The translations under genes were made by a program, and so were the position numbers. A stretch of DNA of 57,190 bases, counting the filler, from Basidiobolus ranarum (lineage: Eukaryota): NCBI GenBank assembly GCA_040143965.1. It is 3 parts of 3 records of this genome, joined end to end, with 100 filler letters (N's around TTAATTAATTAA, not from the genome) between each part and the next. Parts side by side here need not be neighbours in the genome. Positions count along the whole stretch, not along the records: positions 1 to 19,029 come from JASJQH010007135.1; positions 19,130 to 38,121 come from JASJQH010007136.1; 1 more part is not named here. The stretch is one strand, 5' to 3'. The notes under the pieces were generated by a model. The model searched no databases. It was given only the letters and a program-made list of their open reading frames with translations, and had not been told where the DNA came from. This document shows, piece after piece, positions 13,373 to 26,784 of this stretch. Each line of letters starts with the position of its first letter. The first letter of the stretch is position 1.

Positions 13373-14473
13373 TTAAAAACTTTTACGACGGAAGAGTGCT
13401 TTGCGTAGATTATTTCTGATTACTCCTTGTTGGAAACGCTGATAATTCAGGTAACTATTCTTGTCATGCTTGAAAATATCACAGGTGAGTGAGTTCCGTT
13501 CGGCAACGAGGATTTCAAGTGCAGTGGCCACTTGTTGACTAGATAATTCGCATAAATAGCGATCTAACAATACCACACCTAAGATGAATAGAAGCAACCA
13601 ATAGGCCATTGATACTAGTATTTTGCTATGATTGTACAAGTTAATCTGAGAATCTGATAAAGCACTGCTCTTTCTAGAATCGGATCCGGTAATATCAATG
13701 TACATATCAGAAGGAAGGATGGACGTCAACGGAGCACCCTTAGCGTTGTGTTCATGGAAGAATTGAAACTCGGAATACGTTGCAAATGGACAAGGATCTA
13801 ACTCACTTTGGATCAATACCGAGTCTTCTCGGAAGTATGGGCTATCGATACAAGTTACCAGATCCAAATCCAAATCCAAATCTAAATCCAAATCCAAATC
13901 CATCAAATCATCCATTGGATCATCCAGCAAACTAGCTTCTAGTTTAGCTTCTGAATGAACCGCATCATTTGCATCCGAAATCAAGTGCTCCAACATATTA
14001 CATACTCTTTTATAACCTTCATCCAAACATTTTTCCTTTTGTAATGATAAGTCAACATTAGATCACCTCGATACTGACACTGATACTAACGCTGGTCCCG
14101 ATACTGACCTGAATATCCTTGCTGACCGGAAATGTGGTCTCATTCAAACACTTTGTGATGGTAGTGGAGATGTACTCAGCCCTAGATTAGAAGATAAGAT
14201 TATTACTCTTACTTTGCTTGAGTGATGGAGTGATGGCAATAACTTACTCAGAGTCCCGAATATCCTCCATTTGATGGGATGGACGGTGGTCCAAGAGTCT
14301 ATTCAGCGAAGAGCAGAGATTCTCTAGATACACCATCTACCCAACAGAAGCGTTAGAAGAAAGCCACTCGAACACTGAAAGAGAGGATGTACCTTGTCAG
14401 AATTGGGAGTATCAATATCAAACTCACTCAACGTAGCTTCCAGTCTTGATTTAACATAGAATGAGCGGTTCAT
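13373..14473 (-). CDS. Hypothetical protein with one predicted TM helix and an Asp-Leu repeat, 4 exons
   Basis: ATG at 14473 (MNRSFYVKSRLEATL). Three GT-AG introns join in frame to the 217-aa ORF. Hydrophobic stretch MAYWLLLFILGVVLL; C-terminus FRRKSF. No family recognised. Confidence 0.65.
13862..13902. repeat. Coding hexanucleotide microsatellite (ATCCAA)n encoding DLDLDL...
   Basis: atccaaatccaaatccaaatctaaatccaaatccaaatcc is seen directly. Confidence 0.9.
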
Positions 14474-15419
14474 AATCGAGACTTGAAGAGGAACTCCAGC
14501 CCTTTCAATTCTTTAATAATGGCAGTGTAGCGAAGGAGAAGAGGTATGTGCTGTAGTGTAATGTTTGTAGTCTGATGTGTATCCTAGAGCGTAGAAGGAA
14601 CTCTCTGTACTACATATATATACGAAATACTAGTTAAGATACAAACCGATCGACATTACTGTAGTGTGACTTGATGCATTACTCATGCATTCTTCATGAC
14701 TATCTTTTAGTATCCCGTGAGTTGATTGGTCCTTGAAAATGGAAAAATGTGAGGGGGTGAAGAGGCAAGATCAAGCGTACTTCAGTATCAATCTCAATGG
14801 ACCCATTCCAATACCCACAGTTCAACTCGTAGGCCTCCTACACTCGGTAGAGTGGCTCATGTTTCTTTCAGGTGCGCTGGGTTGCAGACAAATGTAACAT
14901 GTGATCAGTCTAAATAGTAGTATTGCTGCTCATACCCTAACCAACTTACTCTCTATCTTCTGTTTGAAATACATCTATAATGTATATTACAAGCTTTTCA
15001 GGGAATTTTGAGTTGAAATTATCTGTATTATAAATCAAAGAACTAGGAGAAACTGGAAATGTTGTAATAAAATGCTATACTCTATACACACTCCATTACT
15101 TCTTTTCACCATTTGGAGTGCTCCTAGTATTTAAAATGACATAGCTTAAGCATCAATATAGTCACATAGTTAGCTACCAGAGTTCCACTACGGTACTCAA
15201 TATCTATATAAGGAACTCACATAATATTCTTACAAACTTGAAAGTTCCAAGATTATGTAATTTTTGCAAACTTGTCCCAGAGACCCTAGGCTTTGCTTGT
15301 TGGAATTAGCATTGTACAAACACCTATATAGTCATGTATAGCTCAGTATTTAGTTATCCTATATTGAACTAAGATATTACTCATTATTCATTATTGGAAT
15401 ATACTTAGAATATTGACAC

Positions 15420-15600
15420 CCACTTAGAAGTTCTCAGATATATATATTTTTCGAAGAAGCCCCAAACTTTGCACACAAGCTCCTGGGACCTTCCTTAACA
15501 TATTCTACACATTAGTTTGTTTATATCTTGACAACATCATAAATGTAAACTGAATACTCAATAAGTGAAACCCACCTATTTCTCAAATTTGCCAAACCAC
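15420..15600 (-). pseudogene. Possible integrase Zn-binding (H2C2-like) remnant; dispersed repeat with 21515-21657
   Basis: An ungapped ~95-nt alignment links it to 21563-21657. Translations are MMLSRYKQTNV*NMLRKVPGACVQSL and MVLLRYVCANLQHVLKRIAGACVTCL, with a CxxC in the second copy. The integrase identity is inference. Confidence 0.3.
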
Positions 15601-16043
15601 TTCCAACAGACTCCCAAATACTTTAATAGAGACCCTTTGCTTGGTAGGCATCATCCTATAACCTACCTGAATATATTCTTTATGTTGGCTTGTCTACTTC
15701 TAGACAAAAGTCCAAAGCTTATCTTCCACCAAAATAAATCATCAAGAAAATCAATATATCTAGCTCACCAAATCACTTCCAACTACTCTCAAAATACTCC
15801 AACTCTTTCTTCAATGAATTGAATTATTGCATTGCTTAGCTGAAAACTGTCTTTCCTTACTAAACTATTATTAGTTGTGCTACCCATATATAAAATATCC
15901 ATAAAACAATCTGTTATATACATCAATATACTCATAGCTTAAGCAACTATGTAGTGACCATTTATCAGGGTTTGGAAAATTGGAATATTAGTGCTTAGAT
16001 CCTGATTATGCAAATAGTACCATCATTAAAATAACAAAGCACT

Positions 16044-16775
16044 ATGAAAATCTTAATGAATTTAAACTCATGCTATAGTAGAAATTACTACATTACTATG
16101 ATACAAGCTGCTTTATCTTTGATAGATATTATATTTGAGGTGGCTACTATGCTGATCAACCACTCTATCAGTGAAGATTGGTTATTATTGGATAATTGTT
16201 ATTTGAATTTTGAAACAGGGAAACTCCATAACCTGGTACCAGCCTTATATATATCAAATGTAATCCAAACCCCATGGAAAGATGAAGATCCTCCTGAGAG
16301 AATTATAGCCTCTCCATTAACTATACTCAAACCATTTCTATGAGAGCTTTTCTTGGATTGCACAGAAAATGAATATGGCAGATTCATCCACAATCTACAA
16401 GTTATTATTGCATAAAGATTGACTGGCAAGGCAAATCTCCACATAGTTATTTTCCATATGGGTTAGGTAGAATTGGTAAAGCTTTGTTCAGTGGGCTGCC
16501 AAAATCCATTTTTGTTGATGAGAATACTTCATTCAATGAAAACAAGCTGCTAATTGATCCTACAAAGTAGTACAGAAATTGTTCAACTTTGCACAACTTC
16601 TTAGAGATTGAAACAATCAAAGAAAGACTATGAAGGTCAAGCTCAGGGCATTGTGCAGCAAACACCATGTCTGAAACAGAAGTAATCTGATAGCTAACTC
16701 AGATAAAAATATTATTTGAAAGAACACTGAATTGACTGAACAGGCATACACAACCCAATTAATAGAATTAATTGA
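16044..16775 (+). pseudogene. Decayed D5-family primase/SF3 helicase (poxvirus D5 / P4-type) remnant
   Basis: D5_N-like LDNCYLNFETGKLHNLVPALYISN, then LQVIIA*RLTGK. After a 1-nt frameshift comes Walker A-like YGLGRIGKALF (16457-16489), then Walker B-like MSETE and ELTEQAYTTQL. Stops and a frameshift are present. Confidence 0.55.
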
Positions 16776-19029
16776 AGCTTTGTATCTCATGTTTGACAGG
16801 CTAAATGCAAAAGAAGAATTGCATCATGTAAGATTCAAATAATATACATATGGCATTGCAATACTTGTAAGGACAGCATAAAACAAAGATATTTATATGA
16901 TAAAGAAACAAACAATATATTCTAAATAACTACCTATGTACCTCCTAGCATTGCCACCAAACCATTGGTAGTCTCACAAATCAAAGCAATACATTTCAAT
17001 GTTAATTCTGGTCAGTATATATAAGGAGGCAAAGTAGGAACTGGATTTGACAAAAGAGGAAACTTCAAAGGCCAGACATAATGAAGTCTTTAGACATATG
17101 GCATAATTTCCTCAAGTGGGCACTTCATGGTACACTGTTAATTCACAAACATTAGAACATAAATTGATGCAACACAATTATCAGTGATACTAAAAAATTC
17201 TGGGGGCAAAGTGATATATTCAAACTATATCTTAAAGATAGCCAAATCATAATGAATGATTCAGAGCAACTAATAGCAGAGAAGATGCCAATTTTAGTGG
17301 AACAAGGATATTATAATAGATCAAGTGATATTGAGAGAGAATTAATAGCTTATTAACTCAAAAACCAACCTCATATAACCACATTATCAAATTACAGCAA
17401 GTACACAAAATGCTTTTAAGAATATATCATATATTCAAAATGAGAACTAATCATGGAGGTATTATGGATATTGTATGTACTTTTGATCTCAGACATATCA
17501 TCATCAACTGATTGACAATAAACAGCCATCAAGATATATATGATGATTTAGCTGATCAATGGTTGATGCCTATACTTTGCAATCTGGGCCAACCATATAG
17601 AAGATTTTCTTTCAATATGCTAGTCCATGTAATCAGCTTATTAACAAATCTCTGCCAAACTTTCAAAGCTCAACAGATTTCATTTGTCATACATGCACTA
17701 CCTTTCCACTAATATTTACAATGATACATCATATCATTGGAAACTATTGTTTCACATATTAGTATTCTTTTGTATTTGACTACTTTGTGCATGTGACCAT
17801 TTCTCCCACTTTGAAGGAGATCACAATCAGGACAAGCATACAAACATATAAGTATAACTAACAAATATTTGATGAATTCATAGTACCAGAAAACCAAAAA
17901 GAAATTGCATTTTTCACCTTAGCAATACCTGATTGTTTAAAAGAAAAGCAGTTGTATACTTATCAACCAGAAAACAGCATTATTCAGTTCTTATCTGGTT
18001 TAACCACCAAGTTCAATTGCAATTCGAACAAGACTCTGCCATTTGGAGGAAGTCAAAATAAAAAATTCAGAGCTAAATATTCACCATTAATGATAAGTAG
18101 AAATCTTGCCTAACATAAGCAGTAAATAGTTTGATATGAATAACAGTGTTTGAATCACTCAGGAGATTCAGTAATGCCATTTCAACTTTACAAATCTTGC
18201 TATTTAATCTTTCATACAGTGAACACTAATATTCCACAGTAACAGCTGTGACACCTACATCATATCATTGATCAATTTGACAAAGGATTCAAACCAATGC
18301 TACCAAAAAATTGTTCAAACTATCAGTTGATACAATTCAAGAGCAGCTCCTGGGGTATATGCAACATTGGCTAATCTGCAAGCCAGTTAAGTTGAGATGT
18401 TATACAGTAATAACATGACATCAAATAATATGCCAGCCTAGTTACCCACGGTTTCATTTCAGTTACTTCCTAAACAAATTGATAGAAACATTAAAGATAT
18501 TCTGATTGCAAAACTCTACTGCCAGAGAGCACAAGAGTAAAGTTAGGCAGAAACACTACTATGAAGCAAACATTCCACTCCAAACACAATCCAGAAGTGC
18601 TTACACTTGAAGAGTGCAGGCTACATAGGAAGTATCAACCTGAACATGCAACTTGCTTTGAAAGGCTGCTAGAGCCTAGCTGAGAGAGAGAAGATTAGCA
18701 GTAACTAAAGAAAATGTTGTCCACTGTAAAACAAACTCAATGGTGCTAGCAATCACTGAGCTTACCCTCTGCAGCTAATTATTGGTTAAAAATTGTCAAG
18801 TCAAATATGATTTCAATCATTTTTTTCAGTTTGAGGAGTGAAATTTCAAAATATCACAAAAGAGTTTCACCTGATTGGCTACAATCTCAGAGAATAACAG
18901 ATCAACACATGTGCAAAAAAAATTACTCAAATTTTACACATTTATGACTTTTTGAGAAAATATGGGCTGTTTGGAGGAACTTTAGAAAAGCAGAGTTGTT
19001 AATAGCCTTGTGAGATAATTATTTATTGT

Positions 19030-19129
19030 NNNNNNNNNNNNNNNNNNNNNNNNNNNNNNNNNNNNNNNNNNNNTTAATTAATTAANNNNNNNNNNNNNNN
19101 NNNNNNNNNNNNNNNNNNNNNNNNNNNNN
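19030..19129. other. Artificial contig linker N44-TTAATTAATTAA-N44
   Basis: Exactly 100 bp. The core at 19074-19085 gives stops in all six frames. Confidence 0.97.
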
Positions 19130-19237
19130 TTAGAGCAATAAACACACGTTTTTGAATAACAGAATTGAGTGCTAAATAATCAGAATATGAATAAACTAAC
19201 TACTAAATAATGAGTTGCTATTTACCTAATTTCAACA
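19130..19237 (-). mobile_element. Terminal part of a Copia LTR (minus orientation) abutting element A
   Basis: Matches the right end of the LTRs at 26785-27137, 31201-31542 and 32951-33301. It ends ...aatttcaaca and is followed directly by pol sequence in the opposite orientation. Confidence 0.85.
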
Positions 19238-21459
19238 GTTTCAGGCTTGGAAATTGAAAACAGCGCTACATTGGATCTGTGTGAAGGTTGCATAGATGGA
19301 AAACCTCACAAACAGCCATTTGCAAGCTCTGGAGAGATCAAATCTACTCAGAACTTTGCCCTGATTCATTCCAATATATAAGGCCCCATGATAAATATCT
19401 CACTAGGTGGCAAAAGTTACTCTATGACCTTTATTGATGACCAAACAAGATATATTTGAATATTCTATCTCAAATCAAAATTTGAAGCCTTAGCTATGTT
19501 TAAGCACCACAGTGTAGTGGTAGAGAAGAAATAAGCACAAAAGTAAGGTAGTATGGAGTGATAATGGTGGAGAATCCTGCTCTAAAGACATTGCTAGTTT
19601 TTGTTCAAAACATGGAATCAAGGTACAAACTACTGTACCTTATACACCACAGCAAACAGGAGTTGTACAATGTGCTAATAAGGCCATAATGGAGTCGGTA
19701 AGATTAATGTTACATGATCAAAAGTTAGACTATCAGTGATGGCCAAATCTGTCTTCACTGCAATCTATATCAAAAACATATGCCCAACAAGATTGCTACA
19801 AATCTTTACTCCATATGAAGCCCCATATGGATCCAAACTAAATATGGATCATCTCAGGATGTTTTGTTGCACAGCATATTGCCTTATTCCTGGTCAAATT
19901 GCTCTATATTAGAACCAAATAGCACAAAATACATATTTATTGGATACTATGATGGATCTAAGCCCTGCAGACTGTTTGCTTCCAAGAATCAGCAGTTAAT
20001 TAGGTGCAGATATGTGATTCTGGATGAAAAGCAAACTTTCCTCTCAAATCATAGTTTGTGATCTAGAAAAGACAATCAGCACTATTCAGGAAGTGTACGA
20101 CAAGATTCCAACTGTATCTGGGCCTATTCAGCTGAAGTTCCCAGCCCACTTGGACCATCATTTGGGACATAGAAGATCATTCAGAAGGAAAAATATGCCA
20201 GGGAACTGATGGAACACTCCCAATGAGGATATCTATGCTTATACAATAATCTGTGACAGGCCACTGACTCTAGAGCAAGCCCTGGAGTGTCCAGAATAAA
20301 GTATATGGGAAGAAGCAATGTCTGATTAGTTTTCTTCGCCTCAGGACAAGAAAATGTGGGTTCTAAGTCCTCTACTATCAGGGAGAAAGCCAATAGGTTG
20401 CAAATGGGTCTACAAAGTCAAAACCCAAGCTGATGGAAATGTAGAAAGGATCAAAGCAAGATTAGTTTCCAAAGGTTATCCCCAGACTCCAAGAGTCAAT
20501 TTTTAGAAGCTTTTGCTCCACTAGCTAAGTTTAGCTACAGTAGATCAATCCTGACATTCTATGCCAACCATTAACTTGATTGACATGGATGTAAAAACAG
20601 CCTTTCTGGATGGAAATCTTGAAATTTTGAAGGCTATAATAATGCAAACTGGGGAGAAAGCCTTGATGATAGAAGCTCAATTACGGGGTACACTTTTTTC
20701 TATGGTACTGGAGCCATAACTTGGAATAGTAAGAACCAACAACCACAGCACTTTCCACTACAGAAGCAGAGTATATGGCTGTCTCTACTCCTACACAAGT
20801 AGCTATGTGGTTAAGGAAGTTATTTACAGACTGAGGATACATGCAAAGATGAGCTATTTCTGCATTAGAAGATATCCAAGTTATATTTCATTAGCCAAAA
20901 ACCCTACATTCACATGCTAGGACAAAAATATAGATACTAGGCATCATTTTGTTAGAGAAGCAATGGTGATTGATATAATTGAACTTGTCTATTGCCCTAC
21001 TGAATAATTTATTGATGACATCTTAACCAAACCTTTAGCTACAGCACTATCTGTATTATTAAGGTATAAGGTAGGTTTAAGAGAAATAAAAATAATTAGT
21101 TGAGTAGGAATTTTTCAAAATAGGCCAATAGCAACTCATTATTTGGTGGTTAGTTTATATATATTCTTACTATTTAGCACTCAATTCTGACATTCAAAAA
21201 TGTGTGCTTACTGCTCTACTTGATAGAAATATCAATTAGATCACTTTTACCAATTTTCACTATTTTCTCAAATCTTCTCCAAATCACCTCCAGTTTTCAC
21301 ACAAGCTTGACAGGCATGTTTTTTGAGCTATGCATGGCCAATAGTTCTATTTCATGGTAAACCATACATAAGACATATTCAATTCAATAAAACTTTAGTA
21401 TCTAATTCACAAATATAAACTTGTCTAAACACCTCCAAAGTACATAAACACTGTTATCA
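19238..21459 (+). mobile_element. Degenerate Ty1/Copia element A (integrase, internally deleted RT, RNase H, PPT, 3' LTR 21111-21459)
   Basis: CEGCIDGK, DNGGE, PYTPQQTGV, PIGCKWVYKVK, KARLV, MDVKTAFLDG, LSTTEAEYMA and IDTRHHFVRE-like motifs in Copia order. Purine tract agttgagtaggaa precedes an LTR ending ttatca. Confidence 0.92.
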
Positions 21460-22346
21460 AATTTGACCTGAAAATACACACATTTCTTGCACTAGCAATT
21501 TATTAGATTTACATACCAACTTAGAAGTTCTAAATTTACTGACTTAACAACTTGCTTCTGAAGCTATAAACATGTCACACATGCTCCTGCAATCCTCTTT
21601 AATACATGTTGCAAGTTGGCACACACATATCTTAACAAAACCATGAACTTACATTGCCATCTATAAAGTTAGCAGCAATATATATGCATAATATAGGAAT
21701 TTATGTGTTCAGAATGCTTACAAAATAAAGTGAAAACAACTCAACCAGCTAACTGATTCTCTTCAACTTTGGCACAGAGTATGGGTAGTGTTTGATTCTG
21801 CTATTAGCATGGCCTTGAGATCACAGTAGCAGTCATAGCAATCTCAATAATGACTTGATGCAAAGACACCTACTCCTTGCATATATACCTAACCTCCAAT
21901 TCACAGAGTGTACCTGCAGCTATCTTAGTTATGCTTGCAACCCCCCCCCCTCACAAAAAGAAAACTTCCAGCCTTAGCAGCAGCCAAAACTGCACCATAT
22001 CCTACATCTCTTCTTTTACTAGATATTTTACCCTATATCACAGTAAGGTAATAGAGCTTCCTATTGCAACTCAACTTGGCCTGACTATCAAAAATGCAGC
22101 AAAAATTCATTCATAGGTACTTTTACTCTGACAGATACACTACATATTTGCTTCTTGATCCAATGCTGTACCAGTCATACACAACAATATCTGTCCATTT
22201 GTGCTTCAAGTAGGAGAAACCATTGTTGCTATGTCTATGCTTGCAATATTGAAGTTTCTTGATAGTTCCATAGTTGGAAATACTGTTTTTTCAGAATGTC
22301 AATTATGTAATATCTATACATTCAAAAGACAGATAGATGAATATAT

Positions 22347-25300
22347 TGTGGCAACTAAGTCAATAACAGCTCATTATGTAGTGAGTGGTTTATTCATATT
22401 CTGGTTCTTTAGCACTCTTCTATGACATTCATAAATGTGTGCTCATTGCTCTGATTGATAGAAATATCAATCAGATCACTTTCATCAATTTTGACTATTT
22501 TCTCAAATCTTCTCCAAGTGATCTCAAATTTGCATCCTTGCTTTACAAGCATGATTGCTATGATCAAAGAACATCCAATAGTCCTTTATTATAGTAAACT
22601 ATGAGTAAGACATATTGTAATCAATAATACTCACTTGTGTAATTAATAAAGAAATCTTATCCTTACACTTCCTTATCTCCAAAGCACTTTATTGAAATTA
22701 TGAGACCCAAGCTATATGCTAAAGGAATGTCTACCAGTACTATTACTAGCATTTTTGCATCCACACACAAGTTTGATGGTGAAGATTCTAACCCCTGGAA
22801 GTTCAGGTTGCAAATATTGCAAGAAAACAAGGATCTTTGAGAATTGGTTACAAGAGATGAAGTAGAGCCAAAGGGACCACAGGAAGCTATCCTTGTCTTT
22901 CACAAGAAGCAGTGGAAGGTGTTCTTTACACTTTTCTACATCTTAGAGACTCTCAATTGAGGCACACCCATTCAGCTAAAAGTTTCCAAACTGTTGGGGA
23001 AACACTTGAGGGACCATATTAGACTAAAAGTCTAGTTTAGGCATATACCATCAGCCAAAAACTTCCAAAATGTTTGGAAAACTCTTGAGGGACTCTATGA
23101 CACTATAAGCCTAGCAATAAGGCTATTTTTTAGAAGAACATATTTCCCAATTTGGATGAAATCTTGTGTTTCCATCGCCAATGATATAAGTTGGATACAA
23201 GCTATGGCACATCAGCTGTCATCCATTGGAGCATCTCCAACTGAAGATGAAATAGTAATAACATTACTTGGAAGCCTGCTAGAAAAGTTTAGGAAACTCA
23301 CAATTGCCCTTAGAATCAAGATGAGAGCCATCAACAATGAAAAATGTTGGAGCCAGGCTTTTGAATGAAAAAGTAAGGAGATTTAATCCTTATCAATGTA
23401 ATGCAGAGCAGGCACTCTTTGAAGCTATAAAACTTCCAACAGGCTCCAATAATGGTGCCTCTAGTTAGAAAGCAATGGTAAGGAAATATTGCAAACAATC
23501 AAGCCATTTGATCAAAGATTGCAGAAAATGCTTTTTGCTGAAAAGCTAAATTTGGAACAGGCAAGTCAACTAAGCACTGATGGACATCATATATCTTTGT
23601 CTGCCTTATCATTAACCATCAAGGAAGACTCCAAAGGATGGTACATCAAGTTGTGAGCTTCCCAGCCTATGTCAAACAAGAAAAGGGCTTTCCAATATAA
23701 AACCACTCCAATCTAGGAAAGCCTACTTATGTGATGCCTATGCACTAAATGTGGTTAGTTAGGGCACAGATTAGCTGAAATAAACCATATATTTAGATAC
23801 ACCAGCTGCAAAACTGGATGAATTGGTTGATGTACCAAGTGTAGGCATGATTGTCCTCTCAGTAAGTAGTCCAACAGCTCTAGGACTGGGTAACATGCTC
23901 AGTAAGGCTGGATGCTCTATCACATAAAAGAATAGTACTAAATTAACAACTGGATTCACAACTCAAAACTTAAACAAGCTGGAAATCTACAAAACACTCT
24001 GACCATGGAAACCTGGCCCTAACTGGTGAAATAAGCTTTCAAATAAAGCAGAAAAGATTAGGCCATGTCAGGCAAAAACACTGACCCAAATGATACAAAA
24101 TCAGCTTTTTTCAGGTTCAAAAATTCAAAACCTAATCAAATTGGATCCCTACAAAGAATTCATGTATTGAGAACATCTCAGGCAGCCATTTCCAAGCTCT
24201 AAAGAAGTCAAACCAACCCAGAATTTTGCTCTGATGCCTTTTGATATGTGTGAGCCCATGAATAATGTCTCACCATGTTGCAAAAGATACATCATGTCCT
24301 TCATTGATGGCAATATCAAATATTCAAGTGTGTTCCTTGTCAAATCAAAATCCAAAGCCTTGGCTACATTCTAGGACTACAAAGCAATAGGAGTGAAAGA
24401 CTCAACACAAAAAAAAGGATACAAAGGAGTGTTAAATACTACTTTCAGGGCTTTACTAGTTCTTGCTCTAAACATAATTAAGCAAGACACTACTGTACCT
24501 TATACTTCACACCAAAACATGGCTGCAGGAACATGCTAATATATCATAGTGGAGATGGCAAGAGCAATGTTACAGTAGCAAAAGCTAGATATTCAATGTT
24601 GGGCTGACTCTATCTCCACTGTAGTGTTTATCAAAAACATATGCCCAACAAAAATACCATAAGCTCTTGTGTCATTTAAAGCCCTATATGGATTCAAACC
24701 AAGTGTGGATCAACTTGGGACCTTAGGTTACACAGCTTATTTTCTAAATCCAGTTGACAAATGCTCTAGATTAGAGCTCAAAGCAGTAAATGTATATTTC
24801 TTAGCTAGTGCAATGAATATACCGCCAAAAACTGTTTAATAACAAAAATCACCAGTATATTTTGTGCGGAGATGTGACTTTTGATGGCATGCAAATTTTG
24901 CATCTCACATCATTGTTCTAGATCAAGAAAACACAATCAGCACTATTTAGGAAGTGTTTGACAAAATTCTAGTGGTATCAGAGCCCAAATCAGCCAAAAA
25001 CTCAGCCCCAATTACATCAAATGAGGAATGAGGACCAACAGGATTAGCCACACAAGGGTTAAGGCAGGGTACTGGTGGAACCTTTTGATGTCATTGTCTA
25101 TGCTTATGCAGCATTCAGTAACATGCAGCACACTATAGATTAAGCTGTACAGTGACCACAATCAAAACATTTGAGAAGCAATATTTGATGAGTTTTCTTT
25201 GCTTTAGGACAGTAAACTATGGGTCTGAGGTCCGCTACCATCAGGGAGAAAGGAAATAGACTGCACATGGGTCTACAAAGTTTGAAACCAAGCTGCTGGC

Positions 25301-26419
25301 ACCATAGAGAGACAAGGAAAGATTAGATGCAAAAGGTCAATCCCAGACTCCAGGAGTTGATTTTGATGAAACATTTGCTCCAGTAGCTATGTTTAGCTTC
25401 ATTAGAGTAATCCTGGCACTCTGAGATGTCCATTAACTTGATTTACACAAATGCATGTAAAAATAGCCTCTTGGAGTAGAAATTTAGAAGAGATCTTTAA
25501 GGAGCAACCAGAAAGATTTGTTGACTCAAACACCAGGATATGGTCTGTAAGCTACAAAAACTGCTATGTATACTCATCAAGCACCCAGAGTATGGTTAAG
25601 CAAATTAGATTTTTATTTGCAATCACTGGATTTTCAAAATACAAAACAAATCACAGTATTTCTATCAGAACAATAAAAAATAGTATCCTTATCTTGGCAC
25701 TATTTGTGGGGTACCTCATCATAGCTGTAAATGATCTTGAAGCACTCAATCAGATGCAAATCTGCTTATTAGATTAGTTTCAGATGACTGATGTTGGTAA
25801 ATCAAGTTTTTTCCTTGGAACCCAAATCAAGCAAGATAAACCAAAGCAGAAAATCATGTAGAAGAAATCTTAATACAACTTTGACATCCTAAAATGCTGC
25901 AACATGGAGAATAGCAGGCCTGTATCAACACCTATGGAACCCAATATGTAATTAATCCAAATTTCATCTAACAATACCCAAGGTGACTCAAATCAAAGCC
26001 CAGAGTCCTTTATCAAGCCATGGTCAGTAGTTCAATGTATACAACAGTTGGAACACATCTAGATATTCCCATGGCAATGGGAACTATGAGCTAATACCAC
26101 AAAAGTCTACAATCTCAGCACAATACAGCAGTAATACAAAGATCCAGGTATTTGACATAAGTTGTAAATCAAGTTCTGGAATAGTCTGGTATTGCTGATA
26201 CAGACAGGGGTAAGCACCTGGATGATGGGAGATCAACAATTGCGTACACTTTTTTCTATGGCAATGGAGCATATAACTTAAAATAGTATGAAGCAACCAG
26301 CTGTAGCAATTTCCATTACAGAAGCAGAGTATAGGTCTGCCTCTGCTACTACACAAGAAGCTATGTGGTTAAGGAAGTCGTTTACAGACTTAGAATACAT
26401 GCAAAGTACATGCTATTAC
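22347..26419 (+). mobile_element. Degenerate Ty1/Copia element B (5' LTR 22347-~22695, gag-pol, 3' truncated)
   Basis: LTR homologous to the others, a PBS-like ttatgagaccca and gag ATG at 22727. Integrase, RT and RNase H remnants carry many stops. Similarity ends abruptly in RNase H. Confidence 0.9.
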
Positions 26420-26784
26420 GGTAATTGTGAATGGTGCTCATAAATATTTTGAAACTTCCTGCTTTTCACAAAATTGCATGGAACCAATTTTCATCATTAA
26501 TATATTAAAATCAAAATACTTCTGCAAGAAAGGGGACTTTGAGATACTTATGCACTAGAAGAAAATACTGCAAGACTATCACTAAGCAAAACCTTTCTAC
26601 AGGTTGAAGAAGCACAGAACACCTTTGATAAAATATGTCATAATGTTAGAAAAAAATTGCTAAGCAAATGACAATAAGATATAGAAAGGATTGGAATGTT
26701 CCTATCTTAGTGCTTCTACTGCAGAGAAGATGTTTTCAAGAAGACATATCTTTAAATCAAACATGTATCCAAGAGCTAACAATC

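Noticed and set aside
16840-18400. Possible LINE endonuclease/RT (GIAILV, YVPP, APG words)
   Set aside because: Only isolated short words, with no GDFN, SDH or YADD motifs in the right order. Left unassigned.
19074-19085. TTAATTAATTAA palindrome as a biological site (PacI-like or piggyBac TTAA target)
   Set aside because: It is centred in an exact 44+12+44 N spacer that occurs twice, so it is a synthetic linker.
22968-23116. ~80-bp diverged tandem duplication in gag of Copia B
   Set aside because: Real, but ordinary decay or template switching in a dead element.
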